Of a DNA stretch of 64,000 nt, positions 9,503 to 19,731 are shown piece by piece; the stretch's first letter is position 1, and each line of letters starts with the position of its first letter. Both the position numbers and the translations under genes were made by a program. Origin of the DNA: Bacteroidota bacterium (GTDB lineage Bacteria > Bacteroidota > Bacteroidia > Flavobacteriales > Weeksellaceae); the NCBI GenBank assembly GCA_023460855.1, contig JAEWOS010000016.1, forward strand, positions 78,900-142,899, read 5' to 3'. The notes beneath the pieces were generated by a model. The model saw only the letters and a program-made list of their open reading frames with translations. It made no database searches and had not been told where the DNA came from.

Positions 9503-12500
9503 TTAATCTTTATCCTGCTGTATGAATTCCACTTCTTTTTCTGCGCTTCTAATCTGTCGCCGACTTTCCCGGTTTCTGCGTGCACGCGAAAATATATCTT
9601 TAAACTCATTGTAACTGAGCGTAATCACAAATCCCAGTCCTGTTTCAATGATTTGGCCCTGCAGCGCCACCTGATATTCGTTGGTACGGTAAGCTCTTAA
9701 TGTGTACCGCCCGTCTTTAGAAAGCATATAATCTGCAGAAATATCGCCTGCGATATTGGTCATCTGTTCATTCTGACGTGCGGCGCCTTCAATGCCGAAG
9801 TTACTTCCAACCGTTATTTTCAAGCGGTCGTTCAGTAATCTCTTACTCAGATTTACATTCAGATCGGTACGCGAATTTCTGCTTCCGGAAGTGTACTCTT
9901 CATACGAATCGAAATCAAAGCTCAAATCAACACCGGCAATTAAATCCGATGCGATATTATTGAGTTGCTGCGACAGGATCTGGCTTACACTCTGTCTTGC
10001 CAAAGTACCGGCAGTAATTCCGGATTCGCTCTGGAACGGATTTTCGCCGATAAATCTGTTCAGGATAAGGAGCGCGAAAACCTGCTTGTTCATTTCGTTT
10101 TCGTCGGTGCGCAGCTGTGCGAGTTTTGTTTCGGTATTATCCAGCACTTCGCGTGAAACAGCATTGTTATCTTCGTCTGTAGTGATATCAAAAGTGAGTT
10201 CCGGCTTCAGCAGTTCACCTTTTAAAATCAGGTTGGTGTTAAATGGCATCCGCTGTTTGTAATAGGCGAGATCATCTGTTGCAATCTGTTGCTGAACGAG
10301 GTCTATTGGTGCAGCCATGGTACTGTAAACTGCGGTGAGATCGAGTCTTGCTGAGGTTGGTTCGCCAGTCCATGTTATCGTGCTTCCCTGCTGAATTTCA
10401 AATTTCCTCTTAATCAGGCTGAAAGTCATTTCGTACGCTCCCTGATCAACGGTGTACACGCCAACCAGTGTTGTTTTACCTGAAGGATCTACGCCTCCGG
10501 TTAATTCTGCTTCACCCTGCAGTTTCACGAAATCTCCGCTCGCTTTGTCGATAATCAGTGAGAGTTTGGCTTCTTTGGTGAGCGAAATGTTGACGTTTAC
10601 GTCCATTCCCCGGATACCTGTATCTGCCGCAAGACTGTCCAGTTCCACCGTTTCCTGAAGCGCAATCTGATCCTGATCGATAAACTCAACAATTCCTTCT
10701 CTGTCCTGTTTTGTCGGGCTGCTCTGCGGAACTACAAAAGTATAATCCGTGTTATCCTCCACGCTCAGATTTCCGTTAACTTCCGGCAGATCCAGATCAC
10801 CAGTTATACGCAGATCTGCATCAATCGCAAGAATTCCGTACATCATTTTATCGTTATCCGGTTCGCTGTCCACCACTTTAAAATCGTCCGCGGTAAGGTC
10901 GAGATCGAAAGCGAAATCACGATAATCCTGAGTTAATACTTTACCGTCAAAAACCAGGGAATTGCCGTCGGTGTCGTTTACGTTAAAATCATCAAAAAGA
11001 ATTCCGTCGCTTACGAACTGAATATCATCATTCAGGTTTCTGAAATTGGAACCGGTTTGTGCGATTTCAAGTCCTACATCGTTAAATTTCAATGTTCCGC
11101 GAATATCCGGACTGGCCGTATTTCCCGTAATGTTCATTCTGCCGGAAAGATAGCCTTCCGCATTTTCTATCGCATTCATCGAGAATCCCTGCACCGATTT
11201 CATCTGCAGTCTGTTGATATCCGCCACAAGGTTCAGTGCTGAACCCGAAAGATTATAATCTCCCGTAATTCTCATATCGTTCTCGAAACCGGTTAATGCC
11301 ACATTCACATCGAGAAGATTGGCAGATTTGGTGCTGACATCTGCTGCGATATCGCCGACAGGATTACCGTACATTTCAACTTCGGTAATATCCAGATCTG
11401 ATGTGAAATTCAGGTTTTGATAATCGAGAAGTCTGACGTTTCCGTTGATGACGCCTTTGGCAAGCAGGGAATCTTTCTTCACCATTTCAGTGATCGTTTC
11501 GATCTGGAAATTTGTGAAATCCACATTTAGCGGACTGTTCAGCGATGAGGTTTCTGAGTTTACCGCAATCTGACTGCCGCTGTTGCTGAGTACGAAATTT
11601 TCTGCCCAAATACCTCCGGATCCAAAACGAATCCGGTTTTCCGGTGCTACATTCCAGTTTTCATAGTTTAATTTCAAACCGTCGGGATTCAGCGAAATTT
11701 CCGTCGCCTCACTGAGCGATTTAGCATTACCGGCAATCAGAAACTGCTCCGTATCTTCCGCATCACGCGTTGAAATATGATAATTGATGATATCCTGCGC
11801 TGCATCACCTACCACCGCAAGTTTATTCAGTTCGATCTGCTCACTCGAAACTTTCCCGACATTCAAGGCATAATTCAGCTTCCCGTTTTCATTAAAAACA
11901 TTCAGTGTTCCCGCTTCCAGATGGTTTTCGCCGTAAACAAGCTGCGGAATATCCGCATTCAGATTAATCTGTTCGCTGTCCGCATCATAATTTCCTGTAA
12001 TGTTGATGGTTTCGAAAGATGTGAGGTCAGGAACAAACTTCCGTATCAGGTCGTCATTTTTTACGGCAGCGGTAAGCGTAAAAAACTGTCCGGGATCAAT
12101 TCCTGACTGCTGCGAAGCGCTTTGAAACGTGTAATACGAACTCAGCGTATTCATCAGAGATCCAAAAATCTGAGTGAGTTTGTATTTTCCACGCAGTTCT
12201 GCATCTGCAATCTGTGATTCGAGTATCAGACTGTTTTCTTCGGCAGTGGAAACGGCATTAATAGTAACCTGCTGCAGCGGATAAACTTCTCTGCCGTCTG
12301 AAATTGCAAAATCATTCAGATAAAGATATCCGTTCAAAAAATCGGGGTTCAGATTCGTAAAATCACCGTCGAGATTGCCGGCAAGAATCATTGGTTCCGC
12401 ATAGAATCCCAGTTTTTGGAGATCCACTTTAATCAGGCTTCCTTTAACCTTTACCTGCGGATTATCCTCATTCAGTGTTCCGTTTGCGGTCAGATTAAGA

Positions 12501-14542
12501 TTTGCATTCGGATCCTTCGACAACACATGAACATCATAAGCGCCATTTCTCAGTTTTCCATCCACATTCACGTTACTGTAGCGGTATCCGTTATAATCAA
12601 AAGCGCGAAGATTTGCATCGATATCACTGCTTCCACGCGTAAAATCAAAACTCTGACCTTTGGCAACTACCTTTCCTGTTACAATCCCGAGATCCTGATT
12701 CTGAATGATTTTTCCAATGTTAAGATTCTGTAAATCAGCATTAACATCATATTTTTCAGCGTTGGTGTGTCTTAAATCGAGCAGCGCATCCACTGAAGCG
12801 TTTCCTAGAGTTGAAAGCATTTTGAGATCTGTATCGATTACCTGCGTACTTCCTTTAGCCACACCGGAAATAGCGAAATGCGAGGGAAGTGCGATATTTG
12901 AAGGAATTGTTCCGGCAGGAAGAATATCAAACACCGTTTTTGCAGATGAGCCAAAATTCTGAATCTGCAGATCATAAAAAAACTGTGAAGGATCGGTAAT
13001 ATTTTTTATTTTCCCAGATAGCGAAGCTTTCAAATCACCTAATCCGGAAGCCTGCAGATTCGAAATCAGCAGGTCGTTAACAGTACCGCGAAGCCTGGTG
13101 TTCAGATTAATTATTCCGTTTGGAAATTTGCTGAAAGGAACCGTATTTCTAAGTTCAGGCGCGAAAATCAGCACATCTGCCAGTCCGATTTTCGAATTTT
13201 CGATATCTGCGGTAATCCGCACAGCTCCGGGGTTTGCAGTGAGCTGTTCCATTGAATTATAATTCAGAACCAGTTCGTCGCGCAGCACCGTTCTTGGAGT
13301 TTGCAGATACAGACTTTTCAGATAAGCCTGCTGTTCCTGATAGACGAAATCAGTGTTAAATTTTTGAATATTAAGTCCGCTCCTTTCCTGAATTTCTGCT
13401 GAATTAACCGTTCCCGCAAACGTGCCGTCAACCATTTTAAAGTTCCGGACTTCCGTGTTCAGTTTACTGAAATCCAGATGATTAAAATCTATGCCGCGCG
13501 GATTAACTCTGGTTGCAGTGTTGCTGTATTTTACTTTGACATCATCGAGTTTTAAATTTCCCAGCAGCAACTGAAGTCCCTTGTTCTGCTGATTTGCAGA
13601 CTGCTTCCCACTGCTGCCATTATTGCGGTCCGCATCCGCTTCCGGAAGGTACAGACTCGCATCAATGTCGGCTCCTCTCAGAAGAAGATTGCGAATATTA
13701 TAATCGTTGTTTGGGAGATCGAGTTTATTGACCGTAGAACTCAGTTCTTTAAAAATTACTTTCGCAAATGTCCTGGAATTATCATCGCCGAAATCCACAT
13801 TAAAATTCGTGAATTTGAAACTGTCCAGATCGATCTGCATCGGTTTCTGCTGATTGAGGCTGTCCACCGTTTCCTCCACCTCACCCGCAACTTCTTCTAC
13901 GAAATCCTGCTGTAGTTTCAGTTTCAGGCCGTCCATATCGATGTTTCCTACCGCATAGGAATTCTGCTCCAGGTCAAACTTTTTGACACGCGTACTGAAG
14001 TCGTTAAAGTAAAAGGCGATGTCGTTGCGGGCCTGTTCGTCGATAAATGAAACGCGGATATCTTTCAGATCGATTTTGTCGAGTGAGAAAATAAACGGTT
14101 TGGATTCTTTCGTTTCCTCCTGCTTATTCCCGGCAAAAGCATCCAGAATGTAATCGAAATTGAAACTGCCGTCTTCATTTCGCACGACTCGAGCGTTTGC
14201 CCCTTCCAGATAAATTCTTGAAATATCTGCCTTGGAATTCAGCAGCTGCATCATACTTAAATCCACCTGTAATTTCCTGGCAGAGAGCAGCGTATCAACG
14301 TTCTGTCCGCGTAAATGCAGATTTTCGAGTTCGAGCGTATTGGGAAATCCCACCAGAACACGACCCAGTTTTACTTCTGTTTGTATTTTATCTTCAAGGT
14401 ATACTACCAGCCTGTCTTTCAGAATATTCTGAACTGCAGGAAGCCGTAAACTGAAAATCAGCAGTACAACCAACAGCAGGATGGAACCCAGAATAATCCC
14501 TAATACCTTGAATATTTTTTTTATGTTAAATCTTTTCTTCAC
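9503..14542 (-). CDS. translocation and assembly module TamB-like protein (AsmA superfamily)
   Basis: 1679 aa. Single N-terminal TM anchor (ILGIILGSILLLVVLLIF), long beta-rich body and conserved C-terminal DUF490-like region. Paired with an Omp85 gene. Confidence 0.85.
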   Translation of the reverse strand: MKKRFNIKKIFKVLGIILGSILLLVVLLIFSLRLPAVQNILKDRLVVYLEDKIQTEVKLGRVLVGFPNTLELENLHLRGQNVDTLLSARKLQVDLSMMQLLNSKADISRIYLEGANARVVRNEDGSFNFDYILDAFAGNKQEETKESKPFIFSLDKIDLKDIRVSFIDEQARNDIAFYFNDFSTRVKKFDLEQNSYAVGNIDMDGLKLKLQQDFVEEVAGEVEETVDSLNQQKPMQIDLDSFKFTNFNVDFGDDNSRTFAKVIFKELSSTVNKLDLPNNDYNIRNLLLRGADIDASLYLPEADADRNNGSSGKQSANQQNKGLQLLLGNLKLDDVKVKYSNTATRVNPRGIDFNHLDFSKLNTEVRNFKMVDGTFAGTVNSAEIQERSGLNIQKFNTDFVYQEQQAYLKSLYLQTPRTVLRDELVLNYNSMEQLTANPGAVRITADIENSKIGLADVLIFAPELRNTVPFSKFPNGIINLNTRLRGTVNDLLISNLQASGLGDLKASLSGKIKNITDPSQFFYDLQIQNFGSSAKTVFDILPAGTIPSNIALPSHFAISGVAKGSTQVIDTDLKMLSTLGNASVDALLDLRHTNAEKYDVNADLQNLNIGKIIQNQDLGIVTGKVVAKGQSFDFTRGSSDIDANLRAFDYNGYRYSNVNVDGKLRNGAYDVHVLSKDPNANLNLTANGTLNEDNPQVKVKGSLIKVDLQKLGFYAEPMILAGNLDGDFTNLNPDFLNGYLYLNDFAISDGREVYPLQQVTINAVSTAEENSLILESQIADAELRGKYKLTQIFGSLMNTLSSYYTFQSASQQSGIDPGQFFTLTAAVKNDDLIRKFVPDLTSFETINITGNYDADSEQINLNADIPQLVYGENHLEAGTLNVFNENGKLNYALNVGKVSSEQIELNKLAVVGDAAQDIINYHISTRDAEDTEQFLIAGNAKSLSEATEISLNPDGLKLNYENWNVAPENRIRFGSGGIWAENFVLSNSGSQIAVNSETSSLNSPLNVDFTNFQIETITEMVKKDSLLAKGVINGNVRLLDYQNLNFTSDLDITEVEMYGNPVGDIAADVSTKSANLLDVNVALTGFENDMRITGDYNLSGSALNLVADINRLQMKSVQGFSMNAIENAEGYLSGRMNITGNTASPDIRGTLKFNDVGLEIAQTGSNFRNLNDDIQFVSDGILFDDFNVNDTDGNSLVFDGKVLTQDYRDFAFDLDLTADDFKVVDSEPDNDKMMYGILAIDADLRITGDLDLPEVNGNLSVEDNTDYTFVVPQSSPTKQDREGIVEFIDQDQIALQETVELDSLAADTGIRGMDVNVNISLTKEAKLSLIIDKASGDFVKLQGEAELTGGVDPSGKTTLVGVYTVDQGAYEMTFSLIKRKFEIQQGSTITWTGEPTSARLDLTAVYSTMAAPIDLVQQQIATDDLAYYKQRMPFNTNLILKGELLKPELTFDITTDEDNNAVSREVLDNTETKLAQLRTDENEMNKQVFALLILNRFIGENPFQSESGITAGTLARQSVSQILSQQLNNIASDLIAGVDLSFDFDSYEEYTSGSRNSRTDLNVNLSKRLLNDRLKITVGSNFGIEGAARQNEQMTNIAGDISADYMLSKDGRYTLRAYRTNEYQVALQGQIIETGLGFVITLSYNEFKDIFSRARRNRESRRQIRSAEKEVEFIQQDKD

Positions 14543-14705
14543 GTCAACTGCAAGTAAACCGCGTAAAAATACGCATCAACATTGGGTTTTTCCTTACACG
14601 CTGTCACAATTAGCTTATAGAATTTTTGCTTTTATTGATGTGCTTAAAATATTTTTTGCTGAATCCGTTCACGCGCAAATGCCTATTTTTACAAAAATTT
14701 AATCC

Positions 14706-15203
14706 ATGTCTGTTTACTATCATAATCACGAAGTGCGATGGAGTGATATAGATGCCAACCGCCATCTCGCGAATTCCGCGTATGTGGAATATTGTGCACA
14801 AACCCGAATAGCCTTCATGACTCAGCACAAAATGGGCCTCGCTGAACTGAACAGATGGGGAATCGGGCCGGTAATTCTTCATGAAAGGTATTCCTTTTTC
14901 AAGGAGATTTATATGGGACAAAGCGTGATTGTAAGTCTGGAAATCAATGCTTTTTCGGAAGACGCCAGTATTTACAGGTTCCTGCACAAATTCTATCTTC
15001 CGGACGGAACGCACTGCGCTACAGCAGAAGCAACCGGCGTATGGATTGATATGATGCTGCGCAAATCCACGACTCCGCCGGAAGACATTCTGGAAGTAAT
15101 GATGCAGTTTCAGACAGAAAATCATCAGGTTCTTACCCGAGAAGACATCAAAAACCTGCCATTCCGTCCGGAAAACATCGATCCGGCACAGATTCAAATT
15201 TAA
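14706..15203 (+). CDS. acyl-CoA thioesterase, 4HBT/YbgC hot-dog family
   Basis: 165 aa. HNHEVRWSDIDANRHLANSAYVEY is the hot-dog thioesterase N-terminal signature. Confidence 0.85.
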   Translation: MSVYYHNHEVRWSDIDANRHLANSAYVEYCAQTRIAFMTQHKMGLAELNRWGIGPVILHERYSFFKEIYMGQSVIVSLEINAFSEDASIYRFLHKFYLPDGTHCATAEATGVWIDMMLRKSTTPPEDILEVMMQFQTENHQVLTREDIKNLPFRPENIDPAQIQI

Positions 15204-15246
15204 AATTAAGCAGCATAAATTTTGTTGTAAAGCACTGCAGAACAAT

Positions 15247-16299
15247 ATGTTAGAAGAAAAAAATCCACAACTCACCCCTATTTCAGCATTAGGCGAATTC
15301 GGACTCATCAAGCATCTTACCGAACATTTTCCGGTGCAGAATCCGGGTACGGAAATAGCAGTTGGCGACGATGCAGCTGTTATCAATCCGGAAAATAAGA
15401 AGGTGGTGCTTACCACGGATATTCTTGCAGAAGGAGTTCACTTCAACCTCGGTTATGTTCCTCTGAAACATCTGGGGTATAAATCTGTGGTGGTAAACCT
15501 CAGCGATATTGCCGCAATGAACGCTGTTCCCACGCAAATTTTGGTTTCAGTAGCGGTTTCAAACCGTTTTCCGGTAGAGGCGCTCGAAGAAATTTATGAA
15601 GGAATTCAACTGGCGTGCAACCGTTATCAGGTCGATTTGATCGGAGGCGATACGACGAGTTCGCAGGCAGGGCTTTTCATCAGTATCACGGCAATCGGAA
15701 TGGAAAATTCCGAGAATTTGATCACACGTAAAGGCGCTAAAGAAAATGACCTTCTGGTTGTTACCGGAGATTTAGGCGCAGCATATCTCGGACTTCAGAT
15801 TCTGGAACGCGAACATTCTGTTTACCTCGCAAATCCGGAAATGCAACCGGAAATGGAAGGCTACGATTATATCCTGGAAAGACAGCTGAAACCTGAAGCG
15901 CGGACAGACATCAAGAAAATTATGGAGGATCTGGATGTTAAACCAACTTCAATGATCGATATTTCCGATGGTCTTGCCTCTGAAATCCTGCATATTTCAG
16001 ATCAGAGCAACGTAGGTTTCAGACTGTACGAAGAAAAAATCCCGATGGATTCTTTAACGATTTCCACTGCGGAAGAACTCAACCTGAATCCGGTAATGGC
16101 AGCGCTTTCCGGCGGGGAAGAATACGAACTCCTGTTCACCATTGCTCCTGCAGATTTCGAAAAAATAAGAAACCATCCCGATTTTACCGTAATTGGTCAT
16201 GCAGTGCAAAAAGAACAGGGAAATTACATGGTTTTGCGTGGCAGCAACGAACTTGCAGAAATTACTGCGCAGGGCTGGGACGCCTTTCTCAATAAGTAG
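15247..16299 (+). CDS. thiL: thiamine-monophosphate kinase
   Basis: 350 aa. LGEFGLIKHL, VGDDAAVI, the GVHF region and IGGDTTSS match the PurM-like ThiL pattern. Confidence 0.9.
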   Translation: MLEEKNPQLTPISALGEFGLIKHLTEHFPVQNPGTEIAVGDDAAVINPENKKVVLTTDILAEGVHFNLGYVPLKHLGYKSVVVNLSDIAAMNAVPTQILVSVAVSNRFPVEALEEIYEGIQLACNRYQVDLIGGDTTSSQAGLFISITAIGMENSENLITRKGAKENDLLVVTGDLGAAYLGLQILEREHSVYLANPEMQPEMEGYDYILERQLKPEARTDIKKIMEDLDVKPTSMIDISDGLASEILHISDQSNVGFRLYEEKIPMDSLTISTAEELNLNPVMAALSGGEEYELLFTIAPADFEKIRNHPDFTVIGHAVQKEQGNYMVLRGSNELAEITAQGWDAFLNK

Positions 16300-16326
16300 A
16301 TATCAGAAAACCCTAAAAATCAGCAA

Positions 16327-17175
16327 TCAGATTTTATTGCCAACAAGCGCAGCAAAAGCCTGAGGATGAATCAGTTCATCCATATTAACAGAAATGTCGT
16401 TGGCTTCAATTTCAGGAATGACGTATTCGTCCGGATTATAGAATTTTAAATTCCAGTTTCCTTTATCATATTCCAGCCAGGACAGGTTTTCAATCCAGTC
16501 GCCGGAATTCAGGTAATGCGTTTTGCCGTGTTCTGTAACCACTTCACGGTCTGCAGGCATATGGATATGACCGCAGATTACATAATCGTATTTGTTATCA
16601 ATTGCCAGTTCAATTGCTTTTTCCTCGAAATCCCCAATGAATTTTACCGCTTTTTTCACGGAATTCTTAATTTTTTTGGAAAGCGAAACTTTCGGTTTTC
16701 CGGCCAAAGCAAGCAGCCAGTTGATTCCTCTGTTTAGCAGAATCAGCCAGTCGTAACCGATTCCACCGATTTTTGCGACGATTTTCGCTCCGCCTTTCGT
16801 GGTATGATCGAAGATATCACCATGAAAAATCCAGTGTTTTTTCCCTTCAATTTCAAGCAAGTATTTATCGGTAAGGAACAGATTTCCCATCTGCAAATCC
16901 GAATATTTGCGTAAAAATTCATCGTGGTTTCCGGTGATGTAGACGATCTGTGTTTCGTTCTTCATCATTTTGAAAAACTCGCTGAGCACCGCCATATGTG
17001 CATTCGGAAAATATTTTTTGGAGAACGCCCAGCCGTCGATGATGTCGCCGTTCAGAATCAGCAGTTTGGGATTTACCGTTTTAAGGTAGGCGACGAGTTC
17101 TTTCGCATGGCAACCGTAAGTTGCCAGATGGATATCGGAAAGAATAACTATTTCAACGTCGCGTTTGCCGGGCAT
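16327..17175 (-). CDS. lpxH: UDP-2,3-diacylglucosamine diphosphatase-like metallophosphoesterase
   Basis: 282 aa. Calcineurin-like motifs ILSDIHL, NGDIIDGW, GNHD and CGHIH. The symbol is tentative. Confidence 0.7.
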   Translation of the reverse strand: MPGKRDVEIVILSDIHLATYGCHAKELVAYLKTVNPKLLILNGDIIDGWAFSKKYFPNAHMAVLSEFFKMMKNETQIVYITGNHDEFLRKYSDLQMGNLFLTDKYLLEIEGKKHWIFHGDIFDHTTKGGAKIVAKIGGIGYDWLILLNRGINWLLALAGKPKVSLSKKIKNSVKKAVKFIGDFEEKAIELAIDNKYDYVICGHIHMPADREVVTEHGKTHYLNSGDWIENLSWLEYDKGNWNLKFYNPDEYVIPEIEANDISVNMDELIHPQAFAALVGNKI

Positions 17176-17248
17176 TTCGAATTTTTACAAAATTAAGTGG
17201 TTTATGTTTCCTGAATTTGAATTTAAATTTAAATTTTTTCGCGTAAAC

Positions 17249-17279
17249 AAAAAAAGTTCTTCCGGCAAAGCGAAAGAAC
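17249..17279 (-). terminator. rho-independent terminator of pepT
   Basis: Minus-strand hairpin GTTCTT...AAGAAC followed by a T7 run, 27 nt after the pepT stop. Confidence 0.65.
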
Positions 17280-17305
17280 CCTGTATATTATTAATTATTA
17301 ACTGT

Positions 17306-18562
17306 TTATTTTGTTTTCTCTGCTTTAGCGATATTTACGATTACTTCCACCGCCTGCTGCATGGTTTCCAGAGAAACGTATTCGTACGGTCCGTGAAAAT
17401 TCATTCCGCCTGCAAAAATATTCGGGCACGGAAGTCCCATGTAGGAAAGCTGCGCTCCATCCGTTCCGCCGCGAATAGCTTTGATTTTAGGTTCAATTCC
17501 GGCCTCCTTCATCGCTGCAGCAGCGATGTCCACAATATGCATTTTGCCTTCGAACTGGCCTTTCATATTTTTATACTGCTCTTTTATTTCCACTTCTGCA
17601 GTTCCTTCGCCGTATTTGTTGTTGAATTCCGCGATTTTATCCTGCATCAGTTTTTTTCTGTTCTCAAATTTTTCGGCATCGTGGTCGCGGATGATGTACT
17701 GCAGTTTGGCTTCGGAAACATCTGCGTTCAGATCGGTCAGGTGAAAAAATCCGTCAAAACCTTTAGTTGTTGCTGGAGTTTCGTTTTCCGGGAGCATTTT
17801 CACAAATTCTGCAGCAAGCAATCCGGCATTCACCATTTTTCCGTAAGCATAACCCGGATGTACGCTTAGTCCGTGAATCTTAACAACGGCTCCTGCAGCG
17901 TTAAAATTTTCATATTCAAGTTCGCCCGCTTCGCTTCCGTCCATGGTGTACGCCCATTCTGCGCCAAATTTTTCAACATCGAATTTATGAGCACCTCGTC
18001 CGATTTCTTCATCCGGCGTAAAACCGATCGCAATTCTGCCATGCTCGATTTCCGGATGAGCGATCAAATATTCTGCCGCCGTAACGATTTCTGCAACTCC
18101 GGATTTGTCATCGGCTCCGAGCAAAGTGGTGCCGTCGGTGGTAATAAGTGTATGTCCGACGTATTTTTTCAGGTTTTCAAATTTTGATGGAGAAAGCGTG
18201 AATCCTGTTTCTTTATTCAACAGAAGATCCTGTCCGTCATAGTTTTCCCAGGCCTGTGGCTTTACATTTTCCCCGTTGAAATCCGGCGAAGTATCATAAT
18301 GCGCGATAAATCCGATGACAGGCTCATTTCCTTGCCTGTTTGCAGGAACATACGCCATGATATATCCGTGTTCGTCGATGGAAACATCTTCGAGGCCGAT
18401 ATTCTTCAGTTCGTCGGTGATGTAGTTTGCAATTTTCCACTGTCTTTCTGTAGATGGTGTGGTTTCACTTTCCGGATCGGAAGTGGAATAGATTTTTGCG
18501 TAAGTGATAAAACGGTTTAGAAGCTTTTGCTTCCATTCTTCGCTGAATGTGAAAGTTTGCAT
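17306..18562 (-). CDS. pepT: peptidase T (tripeptide aminopeptidase, M20B)
   Basis: 418 aa. The motifs AHYDTSPDF, GADDKSGVAEI, TPDEEIGRG and GGTDGAQLS match PepT. Confidence 0.92.
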   Translation of the reverse strand: MQTFTFSEEWKQKLLNRFITYAKIYSTSDPESETTPSTERQWKIANYITDELKNIGLEDVSIDEHGYIMAYVPANRQGNEPVIGFIAHYDTSPDFNGENVKPQAWENYDGQDLLLNKETGFTLSPSKFENLKKYVGHTLITTDGTTLLGADDKSGVAEIVTAAEYLIAHPEIEHGRIAIGFTPDEEIGRGAHKFDVEKFGAEWAYTMDGSEAGELEYENFNAAGAVVKIHGLSVHPGYAYGKMVNAGLLAAEFVKMLPENETPATTKGFDGFFHLTDLNADVSEAKLQYIIRDHDAEKFENRKKLMQDKIAEFNNKYGEGTAEVEIKEQYKNMKGQFEGKMHIVDIAAAAMKEAGIEPKIKAIRGGTDGAQLSYMGLPCPNIFAGGMNFHGPYEYVSLETMQQAVEVIVNIAKAEKTK

Positions 18563-18689
18563 TATAAAAAATCAGTTATTTGAACAAAGATAAGATTTTT
18601 GTGCATGAAGGCGTGTGCAGAATTCCGGACACTGCGTTGAGTTTAACAGTTTTGTACAAATGTTTTATCTTTACGCTGAATGTAAACGA

Positions 18690-18860
18690 ACGGCTGTTGT
18701 TGGTGAAACTGCAGTTGCGTGAGGGCGGAACCGGAAATCCCGCAGTACGCGAAAGCCGGAATTACGCTTCGAAAGTAAGTTGCTGAACGAGGAATTGCAG
18801 GTGCAGACCGGCCTTTCTTTGAGCAATGGCAACAGCAAAGGCGAAGAAAGGACACGCCCA
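18690..18860. other. GC-rich intergenic island with long-range complementarity; candidate structured or cis-regulatory RNA, family not recognised
   Basis: My hand counts give 60% and 47% G+C in two 60-nt blocks, against about 18% in a typical spacer block of this window. Several 7-11 bp complementary segments are present (see finding). There is no credible ORF. Confidence 0.3.
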
Positions 18861-18879
18861 AATAAAAATTTTGAAAAAT

Positions 18880-19728
18880 ATGTTCCTAACAGAATGTCCG
18901 CGTGACGCCATGCAGGGTTGGCCTGACATAATCCCGACACAAAAAAAGATTGACTACATCAACGCACTGATGTCGGTAAAATTTGATGTGCTGGACTGCG
19001 GAAGTTTTGTTTCGCCGAAAGCGATCCCGCAAATGGCTGATACAGCAGAAGTTTTAAATAACATCGATAAATCACTCTCGAATACGCAGCTGTCTGTAAT
19101 TGTTGCCAATATCAGCGGCGCTGAACATGCCGTGAAACATGAACAGGTTGATATTCTCGGTTTTCCGTTTGCGCTGTCCGAAACTTTTCAGCAGCGCAAT
19201 ACCAATAAAAGCCGCGAAGAAGCCTTTGCACAGATTACCGAGATTTTTGAGATGACCAAAACCGCCGGCAAAGGACTAAATATTTATTTTTCGATGGCTT
19301 TCGGAAATCCATATGGCGAAGAGTGGAACTGGGAAACCGTAGATTTCTGGGCGCAGCGGTTTGCAGACCTGGGAATAAGCACCATCATGCTTTCCGATAC
19401 AACCGGAGTTGCTGACGCGGAAATCATTTCGGAACTTTTCGGGAAAATACCGCCAAAATATCCGCAGATTACCTTTGGCGCGCACTTCCACAACCGCTAC
19501 GAAGATTCCTACACCAAACTGAAAGCTGCTTATGATCAGGGATGCCGGAATTTCGATTCGGCAATTAAAGGAATTGGCGGCTGTCCGATGGCAAAGGATG
19601 AACTAGTTGGGAACATGCCTACAGAGCAGGTTTTCAACTTTATGAGTGCTGAAAAAATAGATATCCGTCAGAATTTACTTCATTTCGAAAGCGCTTACAA
19701 CAAGGCGAAAGATATTTTTCATTTCTGA
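18880..19728 (+). CDS. hydroxymethylglutaryl-CoA lyase
   Basis: The start is placed at ATG 18880 (MFLTECPRDAMQGW), the conserved HMGL N-terminus. The track ORF begins 18 codons earlier at 18826. The DTTGV and GCPMA motifs are present. Confidence 0.88.
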   Translation: MFLTECPRDAMQGWPDIIPTQKKIDYINALMSVKFDVLDCGSFVSPKAIPQMADTAEVLNNIDKSLSNTQLSVIVANISGAEHAVKHEQVDILGFPFALSETFQQRNTNKSREEAFAQITEIFEMTKTAGKGLNIYFSMAFGNPYGEEWNWETVDFWAQRFADLGISTIMLSDTTGVADAEIISELFGKIPPKYPQITFGAHFHNRYEDSYTKLKAAYDQGCRNFDSAIKGIGGCPMAKDELVGNMPTEQVFNFMSAEKIDIRQNLLHFESAYNKAKDIFHF

Positions 19729-19731
19729 AAT

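Noticed and set aside
14610-15416. 268-aa minus-strand ORF spanning the thioesterase gene, the intergenic gap and the start of thiL
   Set aside because: It is antisense to two plus-strand genes with clear family motifs. Its translation is Cys/Phe/Ser-rich with no recognisable motif, and it crosses a spacer. I read it as a shadow ORF.
17165-17869. 234-aa plus-strand ORF
   Set aside because: It is antisense to the well-supported pepT gene and runs through the pepT terminator. Its composition is Phe/Cys/Ser-rich and it has no motifs.
18826-18879. 18-codon extension (MATAKAKKGHAQIKILKN) of the HMG-CoA lyase ORF
   Set aside because: The conserved family N-terminus begins at the internal Met (MFLTECPRDAMQG). 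The extension lies in the GC-rich structured spacer. I cannot fully exclude it without homologue alignment.
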